A stretch of 64,000 nt of DNA, taken from Eledone cirrhosa (taxonomy: Eukaryota). Of this stretch, positions 49,111 through 62,319 are shown piece by piece. How positions within the stretch are numbered: position 1 is the first letter of the stretch; every line of letters starts with the position of its first letter. The translations under genes were made by a program, and so were the position numbers. Under the pieces are notes generated by a model. That model saw only the letters and a list, made by a program, of their open reading frames with translations. It searched no databases and had not been told where the DNA came from. The stretch lies in the NCBI GenBank assembly GCA_964016885.1, contig OZ024743.1, positions 166,780,001 through 166,844,000 on the forward strand, written 5' to 3'.

Positions 49111-49985
49111 AATTAAACAGATTGCTTGTGCCTAAATACACCACCTCAAAGACTTAACGCCACTTTCCGTTTTAAATTTACTGTATGCCATATAAATATG
49201 TATACCATTTGTTATCATGGTGGCTTTCTTTTCTGCTTTAGACTTTATTTTATGTCCGAGTGAGTAACATGATTAACAATAATGACTTTACCTGTTGCAC
49301 ATATATTATTACAAAAACTATTAAATTACTATCATAAGTTTTAATTAGTCTAATTAATTATCTCTCCATATATTACAACATGTTACCACTATTGTATATC
49401 CAACACATGTGCAAAACACCCTACGGATATGTACTTCACACGCCTAAAAAAATTCTACTTTACTCTATTTGCCATATATCTACTTGCATCCGTTTGTCTG
49501 CTTTCTTTCATTGTTTGTTATAGTCCAGTTCCTTGTGTATTTTCGTTCAAATTTTTTGGAGATTTACTAAACTATACATTTTTGGAAACGTTAGAATGTA
49601 TTGAATACAAAAATCAATGTTGCCATTTTTTTAGGGTTCCGAACATGGCCGTCTTAGGGCTTCAAAATGGCGACCATTTGAAATCTAAATTTTTTAGATG
49701 AAAATACCAATTTTAATGACGAAACTGCAAACACCACATGCAAATATGATATTTCTTCTCTAGATCCACTCATAATCAGGATATCGAGGCACAAGTCAAA
49801 CATAATAAAAATAAATTTGTCTTCACGTACACTTTATTTTAATACATAAAACAATTAATTCGTGGACACTTTGCTTTTGTCCATTTCACGATAAAATCAG
49901 TCATGACTTTTAACAGGCAGGAATACAAATTTGTGCACACTTTGTTATTGCCACTTTTAGAACGGAATCAGTCATAACCATGATA

Positions 49986-52900
49986 TCAGTCATCACTCTC
50001 ACTATCAGTATTACCTGAGTCAAGGTTTTCATAAACTCTTTCCGCGTCATTTTCACACTGTGTGGTGCACAGGCAAAGGTCGGTGCACTGCAGATTCTTT
50101 GACCTGCAAGAACAATCTCCCTTGCACTGGCATCTCACCATCTCAATGATGGCTTTAGGTGCTGGAGGATCATCAGTAGTGGTGGGCTTTAGTTGGCCAT
50201 CATTTCCCTTGTAGTAGCCGTTCTGCATTGGATCCAGTGGAACTTGCTGGAGAGTGCTTGCCTGGCCCCAAACTCGTGCTTGCACATGTACCCTTAAGAT
50301 ATGCTGCTTGAGGGCACCAACTGTAGGTAGTAACATGTCACTCTCTGACATGTATTTACAGAACAGGTACCATCGCAACTCTGGAATACTTTTGATTTGG
50401 ACTCCCTTTGGACTGTAGGCAGGACAGACAAAACTTTCCAAGCTGGTCAGAAGTTCTTCAGTCACTTCAGTATCATCAGACAGCTTTTTCAGAGCGTCAA
50501 TGGTGTTATCGTCAGCTTCAAGGAAGATCTTGAACCATGTGGCCTTTCCTACTCTAGCAAACCTTCCCGTATTATCGGCGCCAGAGAAGGCATGGAATGC
50601 AGGTAAAGCCTTCGCCTTTGCTGGACCTAGAACGTCCCAGAATTGCTGGATCTTTAGAACACTTGATGCTATGGAGATGGAGGTGTGCCTAGGTAACAAA
50701 TCATCGTTGGCAATTACCAGAACCAGGACATCTGTGTCAGGTGAGAAAAAAGTTAGTTGCATATCTCTTGGGTTTCGCCTTGTTGAAGATACTGCAAGGC
50801 ATATCATCAGTGTGTCAGCTTCCTCGTGGTTGTTTTCACTGAAAGGTTCCAAATCCTTGTTGCTCCTGGTTTGGCCAGATAGTGAAGTGATGACAAGCTT
50901 GGAGGAATATTTGCTGTAGTACAGAGTCTTTTCTACCAAGTACTTGGTCAAATTAGCCTTCGTCTTTTCATGTGACAGGAATCTGCTCATGGTTATGTGC
51001 TTGATGATTGTCTCATCTTTTACTTGATACTGGACTGGATCCTTCCCCTGGCGTATCTTCTGCCTGGTTGCATTCTTCAAGGAATCGGTCTTATATGTGT
51101 CAAACACGAGAATTATTTCTTCAAAGTTCTGCGTGAGGTTCATCAGTCTTTCATAGAAATTTTGGCTTAGATCTCTCACTGTAACCATGGTAGCTGGTTT
51201 CTTATTCAGCTTCTGAATAAGCACCATTCCATCTACCACCGCAACCATCCAGTTGTGATTGAGATTGTCATTTTCAGTGGCTTCATCTTGCAGTGAATCG
51301 CCTTGTGCTGTTTTCTCTGATGCTATCTGCTCAAGGAGATGAATGAGTTTGGACTTGTCAGTGCATGGCAACACTGACCCATTTGGGGCAAAGAGTGCTC
51401 TTGGCGTCAAGGTGAACTCGTAATTGCTAATTGCTTCTTTCTGGTTCACGTCTCGGTCGGACCTGACAAGAACCATAAGTCTGCCATACAAATCTTTGGT
51501 TTCCTTCATGTCAATGGTTTTGTCGCGAACCTTTACAGCATGTCTCTTGTTGCCAGATGTGAACATCTCGTTGTTTTGTCTCTTCACTGGTGCCCAAAGG
51601 CTGACGTCCCCATTGATCCGTTCAGCAACATATTCCTCGTACAGCTTTTGTCCAGTGTCATCCATCTCCAAGATCTGCGTTACATACTCATCTGGGATAT
51701 ATACATGAGTTATCAAGTTGTAGAGTGTTTCCCCATCAGCAGCAAATGGATTGCCGTGAGTCAATAGAGCACTCTTGATTTTGCTTACTGCTCCATGATC
51801 TCGCTTGATTGCAGCTGGAGATAGGTCATTCACCAACACCGAATTGGTCCTTAAACTCCTTTGCAAGACAGAGCATTTCAGGAGCTGCCATGAAGAAGCG
51901 TTGCCTTGCATTTGGATTATTGGAAATTCCAATGAGACCAGCTTGAACTTTCATGAATTTGTTAAGGTGTTCACAGGCATGGTCACCTACGGGATACGAA
52001 CGGGATGGCATTCTTGGTGATGGATATATTGCCCTCTTCAAGTTCCCTGCATGTGTCGGGGTGGTTGGTCTTCAATGCGTGCATATCTGCTATGTAGCGT
52101 GGCCAGAGTCTCTTATACTTTAACCTGTCCATTGAGAAGAACAGCTTGCTCAGTGCTTCTCCAGCTTCAAGATGAAGATTCAGATCAACATTCCGCGATG
52201 CCGCTACAAAGTACAGAACAGTCTCTACCCGAAGCATATAGTTCATCAATGATCTGAACATGGCATTCTTAGACTTCTCTGCTTCCCACTCTTCTCTGCT
52301 TCCCACAGTTTCTTGATCACATCATACTCTGCTAAGACTTGCTGCAGATGAGCATTTGCATGCTTCACGGACTCAGCCTTGGTGCCTTTGTTCTGAACCG
52401 CCTCTTCTACTTGAATCGTTGCTTCTAGACACAGATCTTTCAGATGAGGATTGTCCTCTAGGAACTGCTCCAATGCCAATTCATAAAGTACCATGTAGGA
52501 GTAAATGTGTGCACGTAGCGAACGCTTGTAGTGTGTGCACTTGAGAATTTGTCTGGTTGTGGCAGAACTATACAGATCGGCTTCCATCCAGGCGTCGTCT
52601 ATTCCCGAGTTTTCAATTGAAGAGCCGAGAGCTCTCAATGCAGCCATGACAACATGAAACTCACCAAGTCTTGGCAGCACTTTGCCCTTCAAATCCGGCT
52701 TAGCATTAACCAACTGTACTGCTTTCTCGTAGAGTGCCATGTCGAAGGAAATGACAGTGAGGTACTTGTCAGCAACTGCCAGTTCTTTTAATTTGTTTGT
52801 TTGCATCACAATTGTTTCTACTTTCGGCACAACGCCAGCAATTACCCAGTACATTACTGGTACTTTATTTTATCGACCTCGTAAGGATGAAAGGCAAAGT

Positions 52901-54982
52901 TAACCTTGGTGGGATTCAAACTCAGATTGCAAAGGGACGTAACTATGCTGGAAAGCATGTCCAACCCTCTACCAATTCTGCCAATCCTTGCATCATAATG
53001 GTTAGCAATGTTGGCCATTCATGCGCGACTTCTGGGAGCAAAGATAGAGCTCCAACCTCAGTTAAGGGTAGGCTTGTCGACAAAAGTGAGTTATAGCCTG
53101 CCCAGCCTGGAATTTGACTCGAGTCTCCATCGTTCATTCGGGAAACAGCGTAGGCAACGACCCATTCCAGATGTGTGAGCTGGTAGGTACTATCCACACC
53201 TTCTTTGTCAATGGCAAACTGAATCATCCTCTTCTCGGATGGTGTCTTCTGCTTTGGCTCCTCACAAGGAACTATAGCTGTATGATATGGGGTCACACAG
53301 AGACTCTGTGCATCAGTGATATTTAGGAGTGATGCAATTGATTCTCCAGGGGCATCAGCTTTCTGGTATATGGCAGTGATAGTGCCATGGGTGGTACCTT
53401 TACCATCTGGAGTGTCGTCAGTGAAATCCGCATTGTCTACTGCGAAGAAGACAAAAGTGCCTTTGTTGAGGAATGGTGGCACATACAGCCCTTGGAACTG
53501 TTTGGTGTTCTCCACTACAGCATTGGCAACGGCTGTTTCCATCATTAGCGTACGGCTGTATGAAACACAGTAATCTTGGGCGTTGAGGAGATTAACGAGC
53601 ATCTTATTTCTTGTCTTTTGATGGATGCTCAGCGCCAATCCCACAATTTGGGGATTTTCTCTAACATGCTGCGACTGAAAGCCAGCATGCTCAGTTTTGG
53701 GCTTGTATGTGACTTGTCTCTTAGACTTGAATCCAAACATCAGATTTTGACTCATTGTAAGGGCAGCTCTGTCCACAGCATGTGTTCGAACTTCAGTCTC
53801 CAGTTCATTTGCAGGCCCTGCCATGATCCAGCGAATAAGTGTATAGAGTTCCACTGGCACATCTTCTATTTTGCTGGAAACTGGGATTGAACTTTGTGGC
53901 GGTTGTCTTTTGGTAAAATTTTCAATGCTGTGGCGAACAAGCTGTGCTGACTTATAGAGATTCTTCATGTTGTCCGTGTCATCAGAAGTGATGGCAGAGT
54001 GAACCATTTTAACCTCACAGGCTTCTGGGTAATACAACACAGCTGACTTTCGTCTATTGCTTTGAAGAACAGACCTTACACCTGATAATTCTGTTAATAT
54101 TTTGTCTTTCAGCCATTGTCTGGTATAGACAGGTCTGTGATTTGGTAAAACCTCTGCTCCACCTAGCATGTTCAAATATGTATTCTCGATGTCTGCCATG
54201 GAAAGATATGCGCCATCTGTAGTTTGCACATCAATAATGTTCACTAATTCAATGAAACTAGCTGTTTGCTGTTGACACCCACTCTCTTTGTTTGCTTTGT
54301 TTGCGATAGCTTTATCTCTCAGAACATGGAACACATTTCTTGTCCAACACTGTTTATGATATTTGATATCAACAGCGTGGACATCCCCTTCGGAGATGCA
54401 AGATGCCATTCTTGTTTTTAGTTCTGGATTAGGAGAGATTTCCACAGCTTTTTTTAGAGCTTGGCCCGCATAGGCAGTTCTTACTGCAAACAACTGTTGG
54501 TCACCAAACGTTTGACAAAAAAAGCACAAATCATTTTCCAGTGGGTTTGTTGCTGACCGTGTAAACGGCCCTAAGATTGCGGCAGAGGTTGATGACTCAC
54601 TCCTGTCAAAGCTTGAAGGGCGTCCTCGCTTTCTGCAGATATGTGATCCAGTAGACAAAGACCGTTGGTGACGGTCTCTTGCACGTTGCATTTTGACTTT
54701 ACTGGTGGCGTTGGAGTAGCACGTGCGATGCCAAAAAGCCTTATTTCTCTGCAAAGTTTCTGTTGTGCAGTCTTCTAGCCTCTTTTGAATTTTGACAAAT
54801 TCGCCATCATGCAGTAATGCTCGCTCTTTCACTGCAGCTAACAAACTATGGTATGAATATAATTTTGGTTGTAACACAAACTGGCCTGCATCTCGTAGGC
54901 ACAGAATATACCGTTTCCAGTCAATTGTCTCTTGTTGCTGTCTACCAAGTCGTGGTAACGTTGCTGTGGCCACGTTGTTCAT
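49986..54982 (-). pseudogene. Academ transposase with XPG/PIN-like nuclease and CXC domain
   Basis: FAVDNADF, IPGWAGYN, SFDMALY, RLGEFH, DHACEHLNK, VDGM, VFDTY, HEEADT, SPDTDV, FHAFSGAD, CQCKGDCSCRSKNLQCTDLCLC. Broken by a SINE, a 17-bp duplication and two further frameshifts. Confidence 0.88.
52813..52987 (-). mobile_element. tRNA-derived SINE inserted in the Academ ORF, 12-bp TSD
   Basis: A-box TGGCAGAATTGG, B-box GAGTTTGAATCC, same core as 340-531. TSD TTGCATCA(C/T)AAT at 52801-52812 and 52988-52999. Confidence 0.92.
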
Positions 54983-55654
54983 TGGTCTGAAAAATTATAA
55001 ACACTAATGAAGTAATTACATGGCATTTGATTATTATTATTATTTTTATTATTATTATTATTGTTATTATGTTAAATTAGCCACTAAAATTAGAAGCCTA
55101 GTTGGTTAGAATTTGAGATACTGTTGAAAAAGGTTATCGGTAGTTACCATTTTGAAATTCCAAGATGGCCACCACAGACACCTTGATAAAAAATGGCAAC
55201 ATTGGTTTTTGGATTCAGTATGTCCTAAAGTTTTCGAAAATGTATAGTTTTGTTAATCTCCAAGAAATCTGAACGAAAGTACCAATCGTTACATTATGAA
55301 CTTGACTATTATGTGTTGTGTTGAATTAAATCTTTTTGGCATACTTCTGATGACCTGAGGTGAGATTATATATTATATGAATAATTATTTATTAATTATA
55401 ACAGATCGATTCTTTGTTTGCATATATATATATATATACAAGTTTTTCACCTGTATAGAAATGATTGTAGAGATGGATTTGATTTAAAAACCTTGCTTTC
55501 TTCAATTTAAATATATGTATGTATATAGATATGTATGTATGTAAATATATATATAAATTTGAGTATGTGTTGGTTGCTTACCAACACTTCAGTATGCAGG
55601 TTAGTGTACTCAATGAAGTGCGCAGGTGGGTCTGTTTACTCCAGAGTAATTTAA

Positions 55655-58600
55655 AAACAAGAAGTGTAAGTAAACAGATTAAAAATAACTTCGTTTATTC
55701 ATATTTGTTGCAATATATATTTTGGTGATAACCATTATTCAACAGCTGTGACCTCATCAGGCAGCTAGAACTTGAACAGAAAAAACAGGAAGACATAATG
55801 GTGGAACAAAGTTTACCTTGTTATTTCGTTCATATGCCCAGATCCGAAGTGTGATGTTGTTTTCTCAAAGAACTGGTGGCATATGAATTATAATTACTGA
55901 ATTCAAGCATCCAAAGAATATACTTTCCTCTCATTGGTCAGATACTATCTTAACACTCCAGTACCAAGTCTATTGAATTTCTACATAAACATATCTATGT
56001 ACACATGCACACACATACGTGTATATGTACACACGTGCACAGACTCATATGTACTCTTTAGAGCGGTGGAAAAAGAAATAATAGGTACGTCTTATTTACT
56101 TATCACAGTTAGTACTGACTTTTATGTGCGAAAGGGATTAGGTTGGAGGTAGATTTTCCTTCGGAAAACCGGATCACATACCAGGGGTGGGAGGTGAAGC
56201 CCGGTGATCAGAAATGTGGGGTGCATGTAGATACCCAGAGTAGGACTCTGCCAACGTGTGTTATCTCGTTAATTAGTTAGTGGCTGTTACTTGGGTTAGA
56301 ACTAAGGAAGTGAGAAAGAAGGGTGAACCACTGCGATGTGAGGCACAGACCTAACCGTTAAGTAAGTGTGCCTCTGTGATGTTTTAAATGGTAGTCAAGA
56401 CAAGAAGAGAGGAGAGGAGAGAGGTAAGTACAGTGGGCGGGGTTAGTGTCCCTTCACCATCCCTGACCACGGCACTAGTATAGTAGAGAGAATGAAGAGG
56501 AGAATTAGACACATTTTTAGGAATCAGATTAGAAATAGACCCCAGTTGAAAAGTAGTTAACTTCTTAGACACGACCCTAAACCTAAACACTGAGCTACAC
56601 TACCCCAAGCATAAGCCAAATGAGAAGCTAGTGTATGTTAATGCTAAGTCCAACCACCCTAGATCTATTATTAAGGCCATAGTCAAGAGTGTCTCAGACA
56701 GGATCTCCAACTGTCTGCCAATAAGATCTTCAATAGTAATGCTGATTATTATAATACAGCTCTAGCTAAGGCGGCCCATGGCCAAGTTATCTGTTATAAC
56801 CCTAAGGCCCATGATACAGATGACCTTCAGGGAGACCCACGTAATACAGGAAGGGTTGAAGCTACTGCACGTAAACCCCTGGAACCTAGCACCATCACTC
56901 TTGCGGGAAAGACACATACCCCTGGGCATGCCAATAAACTCAATACGGGTCTAGCGGTGATGTAAACCATCCCAGCACCAGCGTACTCAACCACATAACA
57001 CCAACGGGGATAGATGGTGGAATACTCCAACAAGGAAACCCTGGTGCGGGCCGGTATCACCCCACCGGCAGGGACAGAACAGTAAACAGAAACCATAACG
57101 TCCAATGGGGCAGCAGCAGTGCGAGAGGCTGTGGGACCCCCTGGTGCATACTTAACGCACTCACATAGGACTAGGTTTAGAAAAATAACATGGTATAATC
57201 CACCATACTCTGTGGGTCTGCAGACCAGCCTGTTTTGCTCGTTCTTTAGGGCACTGGATAAATGCTTCCCGAGGACCCACAGGTACCGCAAAATATTTAA
57301 TAGGCACACAATGAAGCTCTCATACTCCACCACGCACAGCACAGCATAGCCCAGCACTTAGCTAGTATCAATAGAAATAGACTTAGGACATTTAGACAGA
57401 TAACATCTAATCCTATAGACACCCAGAAGAGCATGACAGGGTAAATAGTGGACTCAGGACTGACTCAAGGGACCCTGTGCAAGTCACAGGGATAGACCCA
57501 GGGACCCTGTGCAAGTCACAGGGATGGACCCCCCCCAACCTATCCAATGGGCACCTCACAGTAAGCATGCAGGAGTTGACCACTTCATGCAACTGCAGAA
57601 ACGCCATCTTAGAAATGAATGCCTGGTGAAGAACCTAGTCTACAGATGCAGGGTTACAACCCCCAACTCAGAACACATTTACATAGGAGCCACATCAATC
57701 AGCTTCAAGGACAGATGGTATAATCACCACCATTCCTTTAATAGGATCGACAAAAAGAAAAGTACGGCCCTTTCCCAACTGATCTGGACGCTGAAGCTGG
57801 AAAAGACCCGCGTACTCTTTGGTTTCATCCAAAGTTGGAGACGGATCTAGCATTTGCAGCCTCTGTCTAAGTGAGATAGTCAGTGGTGGAATAAATTTAA
57901 TCAATTGCAGGGCAGATTTCTTTGGTACATGCAGACACCTACGGACGGGAACTTTCCTCAAGCTGTATGAATAGAAACCCCACTACACTGAGTCCCAGAG
58001 ACACTAACCCCACCCACTGTACTTACCTCTCTCCTCTCGTCTCAACCAGCATTTAAATCACCACAAAGCCACACTTAACGGTTAGGTCTGTGCCTCACAT
58101 CGCAGTGGTTCACTCTTCTTTCTCACTTCCTTAGTTCTAACGCAAGTAAACAGCCATTAGCTAATTAACGAGATAACACACGTTGGCAGAGTCCTACCCT
58201 GGGTATCTCCATGCACCCCACATTTCTGATCACCGGTCTTCACCTCCCACCCCTGGTATGTGATCCAGTTTTCCGAAGGAAAATCTACCTCCAACCTAAT
58301 CCCTTTCGCACATAAAAGTCAGTACTAACTGTGATAAGTAAATAAGACGTACCTATTATTTCTTTTTCCACCGCTCTAAAGGGTATATATGTCTGTGTAT
58401 GTGTGTACATATACACTATGTGTGTATATGTGCTTGTGTACCTAGATATGTTTATGTATGAATGTACGTTATTGTATAGATATATGTGTGTACATGTATA
58501 GGTACATAGACGTGAGTTTGTGGGTGTGTACTAAATGTTCACAACATGGATTATAATTTTTAACACTTATAAGTTTTAACACATAGTTACAATTCTAACA

Positions 58601-59156
58601 TCTGTTACTATGAGAACTATTGATATGGACAAGCTTTCACACTCCCAGATGAACCCATATCAGGTTACATACATGAATTCTTCACTAGCAACTACAATAC
58701 TACCGCAAAAGAGTGGTAGTGGTTGACCTGTTTACACCACTGCCATTATAGTCAAATAGGTCAACTAGGCCAGAACACCTCTATTTTCTAGGTATATACA
58801 CTTATCATAGCTGGTTGTTAAAACAACCGTAGCGGGCTGACCTATTTCAAGGACAACTGACCTAAGAAATTCAATAGATTTGTCACTGGAGTGTTAAGAT
58901 AGTATCTGACCAATGAGAGGAAGGTATATCATATGCCACCAGTTCTTTTAGAAAACAACACCACACTTTCGGATCTGGGCATATCAAGGTAAACTTTATT
59001 CCACCATTATATTTTCCTGTTTTTTCTGTTCAAGTTCTAGCTGCCTGATGAAGTCATAGCTATTGAATAATGGCTATCAGTGAAATATATATTGCAACGA
59101 ATATGAATAAACATTATAAAGTTATTTTTAACCTGTTGACTTACACTTCTTGTTTA
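55655..59156 (+). mobile_element. 5'-truncated Hydra-like PLE with inverted pseudo-LTRs
   Basis: Core 56450-57970: VNFLDTTL, SNHP, RKITWYNPPYS, CNCR, LVYRC..YIGAT..FKDRWYNH, CSLCLSE. 55655-56450 is an inverted copy of about 58000-59156. Confidence 0.9.
59040..59098 (+). ncRNA. Hammerhead motif in pseudo-LTR (inverted copy at 55707-55765)
   Basis: GCTGC-CTGATGA-..ATAGCTATT/AATGGCTAT..-GAAA-TATATA-TT-GCAAC; stem III is the palindrome ATATATAT. Confidence 0.7.
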
Positions 59157-59329
59157 TATATCATCATCATCATCATTTTACGTCCGCTTTTCCCTGCTTG
59201 CAAGGGTGGGACGGGAACTGATTCTGGCTTGATTTCTACAGCTGGATGCCCTTCCTAACACCAACCTCATTTACAGTGAGTGCTGGGTGCATTTTTGCCG
59301 TGGCACCTACACGACACCAGTCCCTATCA

Positions 59330-59474
59330 TCTCATTTCTACAGCTGAGTAAACTGAAGCAATGTGAAATAAAGTGTCTTGCTCAAGGAAACAACACATCA
59401 CCCGGTCTGAGAATTGAACTCACAACCTTTCGATTGCAAGGCCAATGCTCTAACCACTAAGCCATGTGCCTCCA
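59330..59474 (-). mobile_element. tRNA-derived CORE-type SINE fragment
   Basis: TGGAGGCACATGGCTTAGTGGTTAGAGCA head, GAGTTCAATTC B-box, CCTTGAGCAAGACACTT core. Confidence 0.75.
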
Positions 59475-59636
59475 TATATATATATATATAGTTAGGAGAG
59501 CAGAAAATTGTTTATTGTAATCCAGTTCGTGGTTAAGATAGCCAGTTTCTTGGACGGTTTCCAACGTACGGTTAGGGGTAAGTCCACAAGTTTGCAAGAA
59601 TGTGGTTAGTAAATCACGTTCAATCTTGGAGTATAA

Positions 59637-59850
59637 AGAATAAAAGAGAAAACACAGGTAAGCATTAAAAAAAGGATTTTATCCAGGTATTTACGACCGT
59701 TTCATTGGTAAGCGCAACCTTATATCTCTATACTGCAAATAGCAGCCACTCGATAACTGTTATTCACCTCCAAATTTTCAAAATAAACGGTCGTAAATAC
59801 CTGGATAAAATCCTTTTTTTAATGCTTACCTGTGTTTTCTCTTTTATTCT
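59637..59850. repeat. Fold-back with about 65 bp arms abutting (TA)n
   Basis: 59637-59702 is the reverse complement of about 59785-59850. Confidence 0.92.
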
Positions 59851-60351
59851 ATATATATATATACACACACACACACTTACGGTAAACATTGATGCAATTC
59901 AATGTTTGGTTTTTCATCTAAAAAACATAGTGTAATAAGGCTGTTTGCTTGCAAACGAATTGAATATTATTATTCAATATAAAACTCACAAATGCATATT
60001 CATTCCGCTATGTTAGAGCGAAAAACCAAATTCTAATTTATTTTTATTTTTCAGCAAAACCAGCAATAAAATCGTTCAGTATGCAAATTAGGGTAATCAG
60101 TCTATGTATACTTTAGAGAATACTATATATTCTCAAAGTTCTAGTGAGTGACAGAAAAGAGATACACAATCTTGACAAAGGGTAATAATCCAGAAACAAT
60201 ATTGTTAATTGTTTCTCTGTGCCACCACTAGAATAAAAGGATTGTGATGGCCATCTAAAACACATAGGATAATAAGGCTGTTTGCTTGCAAATGAATCAA
60301 ATATTATTATTATTAGATATAAAACTCATGAATTTATATATATATATATAT

Positions 60352-61011
60352 CATCATCATCATTGTTTACACCCATCTTCCAGGCTAGCATGGGTTAGAC
60401 AGTTTTGTTCCATTTGATGTGGGAATGGTCGCGAGACCGTGTCTCGTTCGCATGGAAGCATCTCTGGCAGGTTTTTTTTACAGCTGGATGCCCTTCCTAA
60501 CACCAACCATATTTACAGTGTGGACTGGGAGCCTTTTTACCGTGCCTCCTACATGGCCACCTTACAGTGTGGACTGTTGTGTCATCGACACAGTGGATGG
60601 AATGGGAAAGGGAGGATGGGATAGGTTGTGAGGGCGGGGTGTACATTGGGTTAAGAGGTGCCTACTGACTGTAGGTTTGTATGCAATGGCAGTCGGGTCT
60701 TCTGTACAACTGCATGACGCCAAAGATCTCGATCCAGTGTCCTTGTCTTAGAGAGGTGTAAGTGAGCAAGGTCAGTTTTTATCACCTCGTCCCAGCTTTT
60801 TCTTGGTCTACCTACTCCGTAGCTTCCATTAATTTTCATTACCCTGCACTTTTTTATACAGCTGTCATCCTTCATATGCATCACATGTTGATACCAATGC
60901 AATCTCCTCTCCAGAACATAACATTTCTCTTAATTCGTTTATGCTTCGCCTTTCAGGCACATTACTATTACACATCCATCGGAGCGTGCAAGCTTCATTT
61001 CTTTCTAATCT
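60352..61011 (-). mobile_element. RTE 3' fragment
   Basis: LERNEACTLRWMC, GRPRKSW, tail. Confidence 0.88.
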
Positions 61012-61226
61012 AATATATATATATATATATATACAGTAAAATTCCGCTATAACAAAATTCACAGGTATAAAATAATTTGTTGTAACGCAAAATTCGTTAT
61101 AACAAGATCGACTGAAACAAATTGACTGTTTGTTTTGTTATTATCTTGTATTTAAAAATTAAACAATAAATGAATGAAAACGTATATGCAATATGACTGT
61201 ATCATGCATTATAATATAAATATATA

Positions 61227-61529
61227 CAGTGTACCTCCGGCATTCATGGTCTCAGCTATTCGTGGAATTTTCCTTACAACCTAATTGATCGTGGAAACCA
61301 CCGCATATTTGCAGAATCGTAAATATCTTCTGCGATTCTTTTATGGCTTTTTTGTGCCAATATATATTTTTTCATGCTTTTTAATGCTAAATTATTAATA
61401 ACAATATACCGTATTTGCTGGCCTATATTTTACATTATATTTTGACATTTAAAGGCATTTTTATGGACCATGTCCAATATTTGTGGGTGCTCTAGGAGCG
61501 TAACCCCCATAAATACTGAGGGACAACTG
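61227..61529. mobile_element. Tigger-like MITE
   Basis: TA|CAGTGTACCTCCGGCATTCATGG ... CCATAAATACTGAGGGACAACTG|TA. Confidence 0.6.
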
Positions 61530-61847
61530 TATTTTAAATATGTTCAGATATGTTTCCTTCATTTCTTTTCTGTCATATTATAAACTTGCATAAAAAACCC
61601 TCAAAAACTTTAAATTATTTTTAGTTATGTATTTTATGTTTTAATAATTATATATACACACACACATACACGCATATATATATTTATATATGGTGGGTTA
61701 TATCGGCAGTAGTAGAGCACTCAGTCCATAGGACAAGTTTGGTAGAAGTAGTTCCACAATAGTTAGAAAACCATTTCCTAGGACAATTTGTCGTCGGGAA
61801 CAAATTGGTTTACTAACTGTTGTGGAACTACTTTATATATATATATA

Positions 61848-62273
61848 CTAGCCGAATTACCTGCGTTTCACACATTTCTTTTGTAAGAAAATGATGATTG
61901 ATTTTTTTAAATCAGCGATATAATTTATGGAGAAAAACTCTGCATTTCAATATTACTCAATTTAAAATGTAATGCATGAAAAATTAGAAAACATTATTTT
62001 TTGTAATATATCAAATCAAAATTACATTATTAAATCTTATTCTTATTTTGTTTCTTGTAAATAATTTTTTTCAAAATATCAATTCAAAACTTTTGTGAAT
62101 AGGCATCATATCTTGTCATTTACCTATGGTTTAAATTACATATAAATTGAAGGGAAAAGATTTTCAGCGGGGGTTTTCAGTGGGGGAACCCTTTGATTAA
62201 AATGAAGCATAGTTATCCAAGTACCATGGGCAATGTAGTTTCAGAATATATATAACAAACAGACAGGAATACA

Positions 62274-62290
<17 letters not shown>
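61848..62290 (-). mobile_element. Probable small non-autonomous Helitron
   Basis: CTAG|T terminus at 61848. The other end (ACAAACAGACAG..ACTTTATATATA) resembles the 5' end of the Helitron at 33474. Confidence 0.5.
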
Positions 62291-62318
<28 letters not shown>

Positions 62319-62319
62319 T

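Larger units (their letters stand above)
49521..55308 (-). mobile_element. Academ DNA transposon, full length
   Basis: Imperfect TIRs of more than 110 bp starting TAGTC(C/A)AGTTC, 3-bp TSD TTA (49518-49520 and 55309-55311), one large transposase/XPG-like ORF. Confidence 0.92.

Noticed and set aside
55340-55385. CTGATGA-CCT-GAGG motif right of the Academ
   Set aside because: GAAA box and stem I are missing; at most a decayed remnant
58459-58865. About 400-bp segment present in only one pseudo-LTR arm, with GT and AG nearby (possible PLE intron)
   Set aside because: The shorter arm retains GTAG at the junction, so it is not a clean GT-AG splice product. A deletion fits better.
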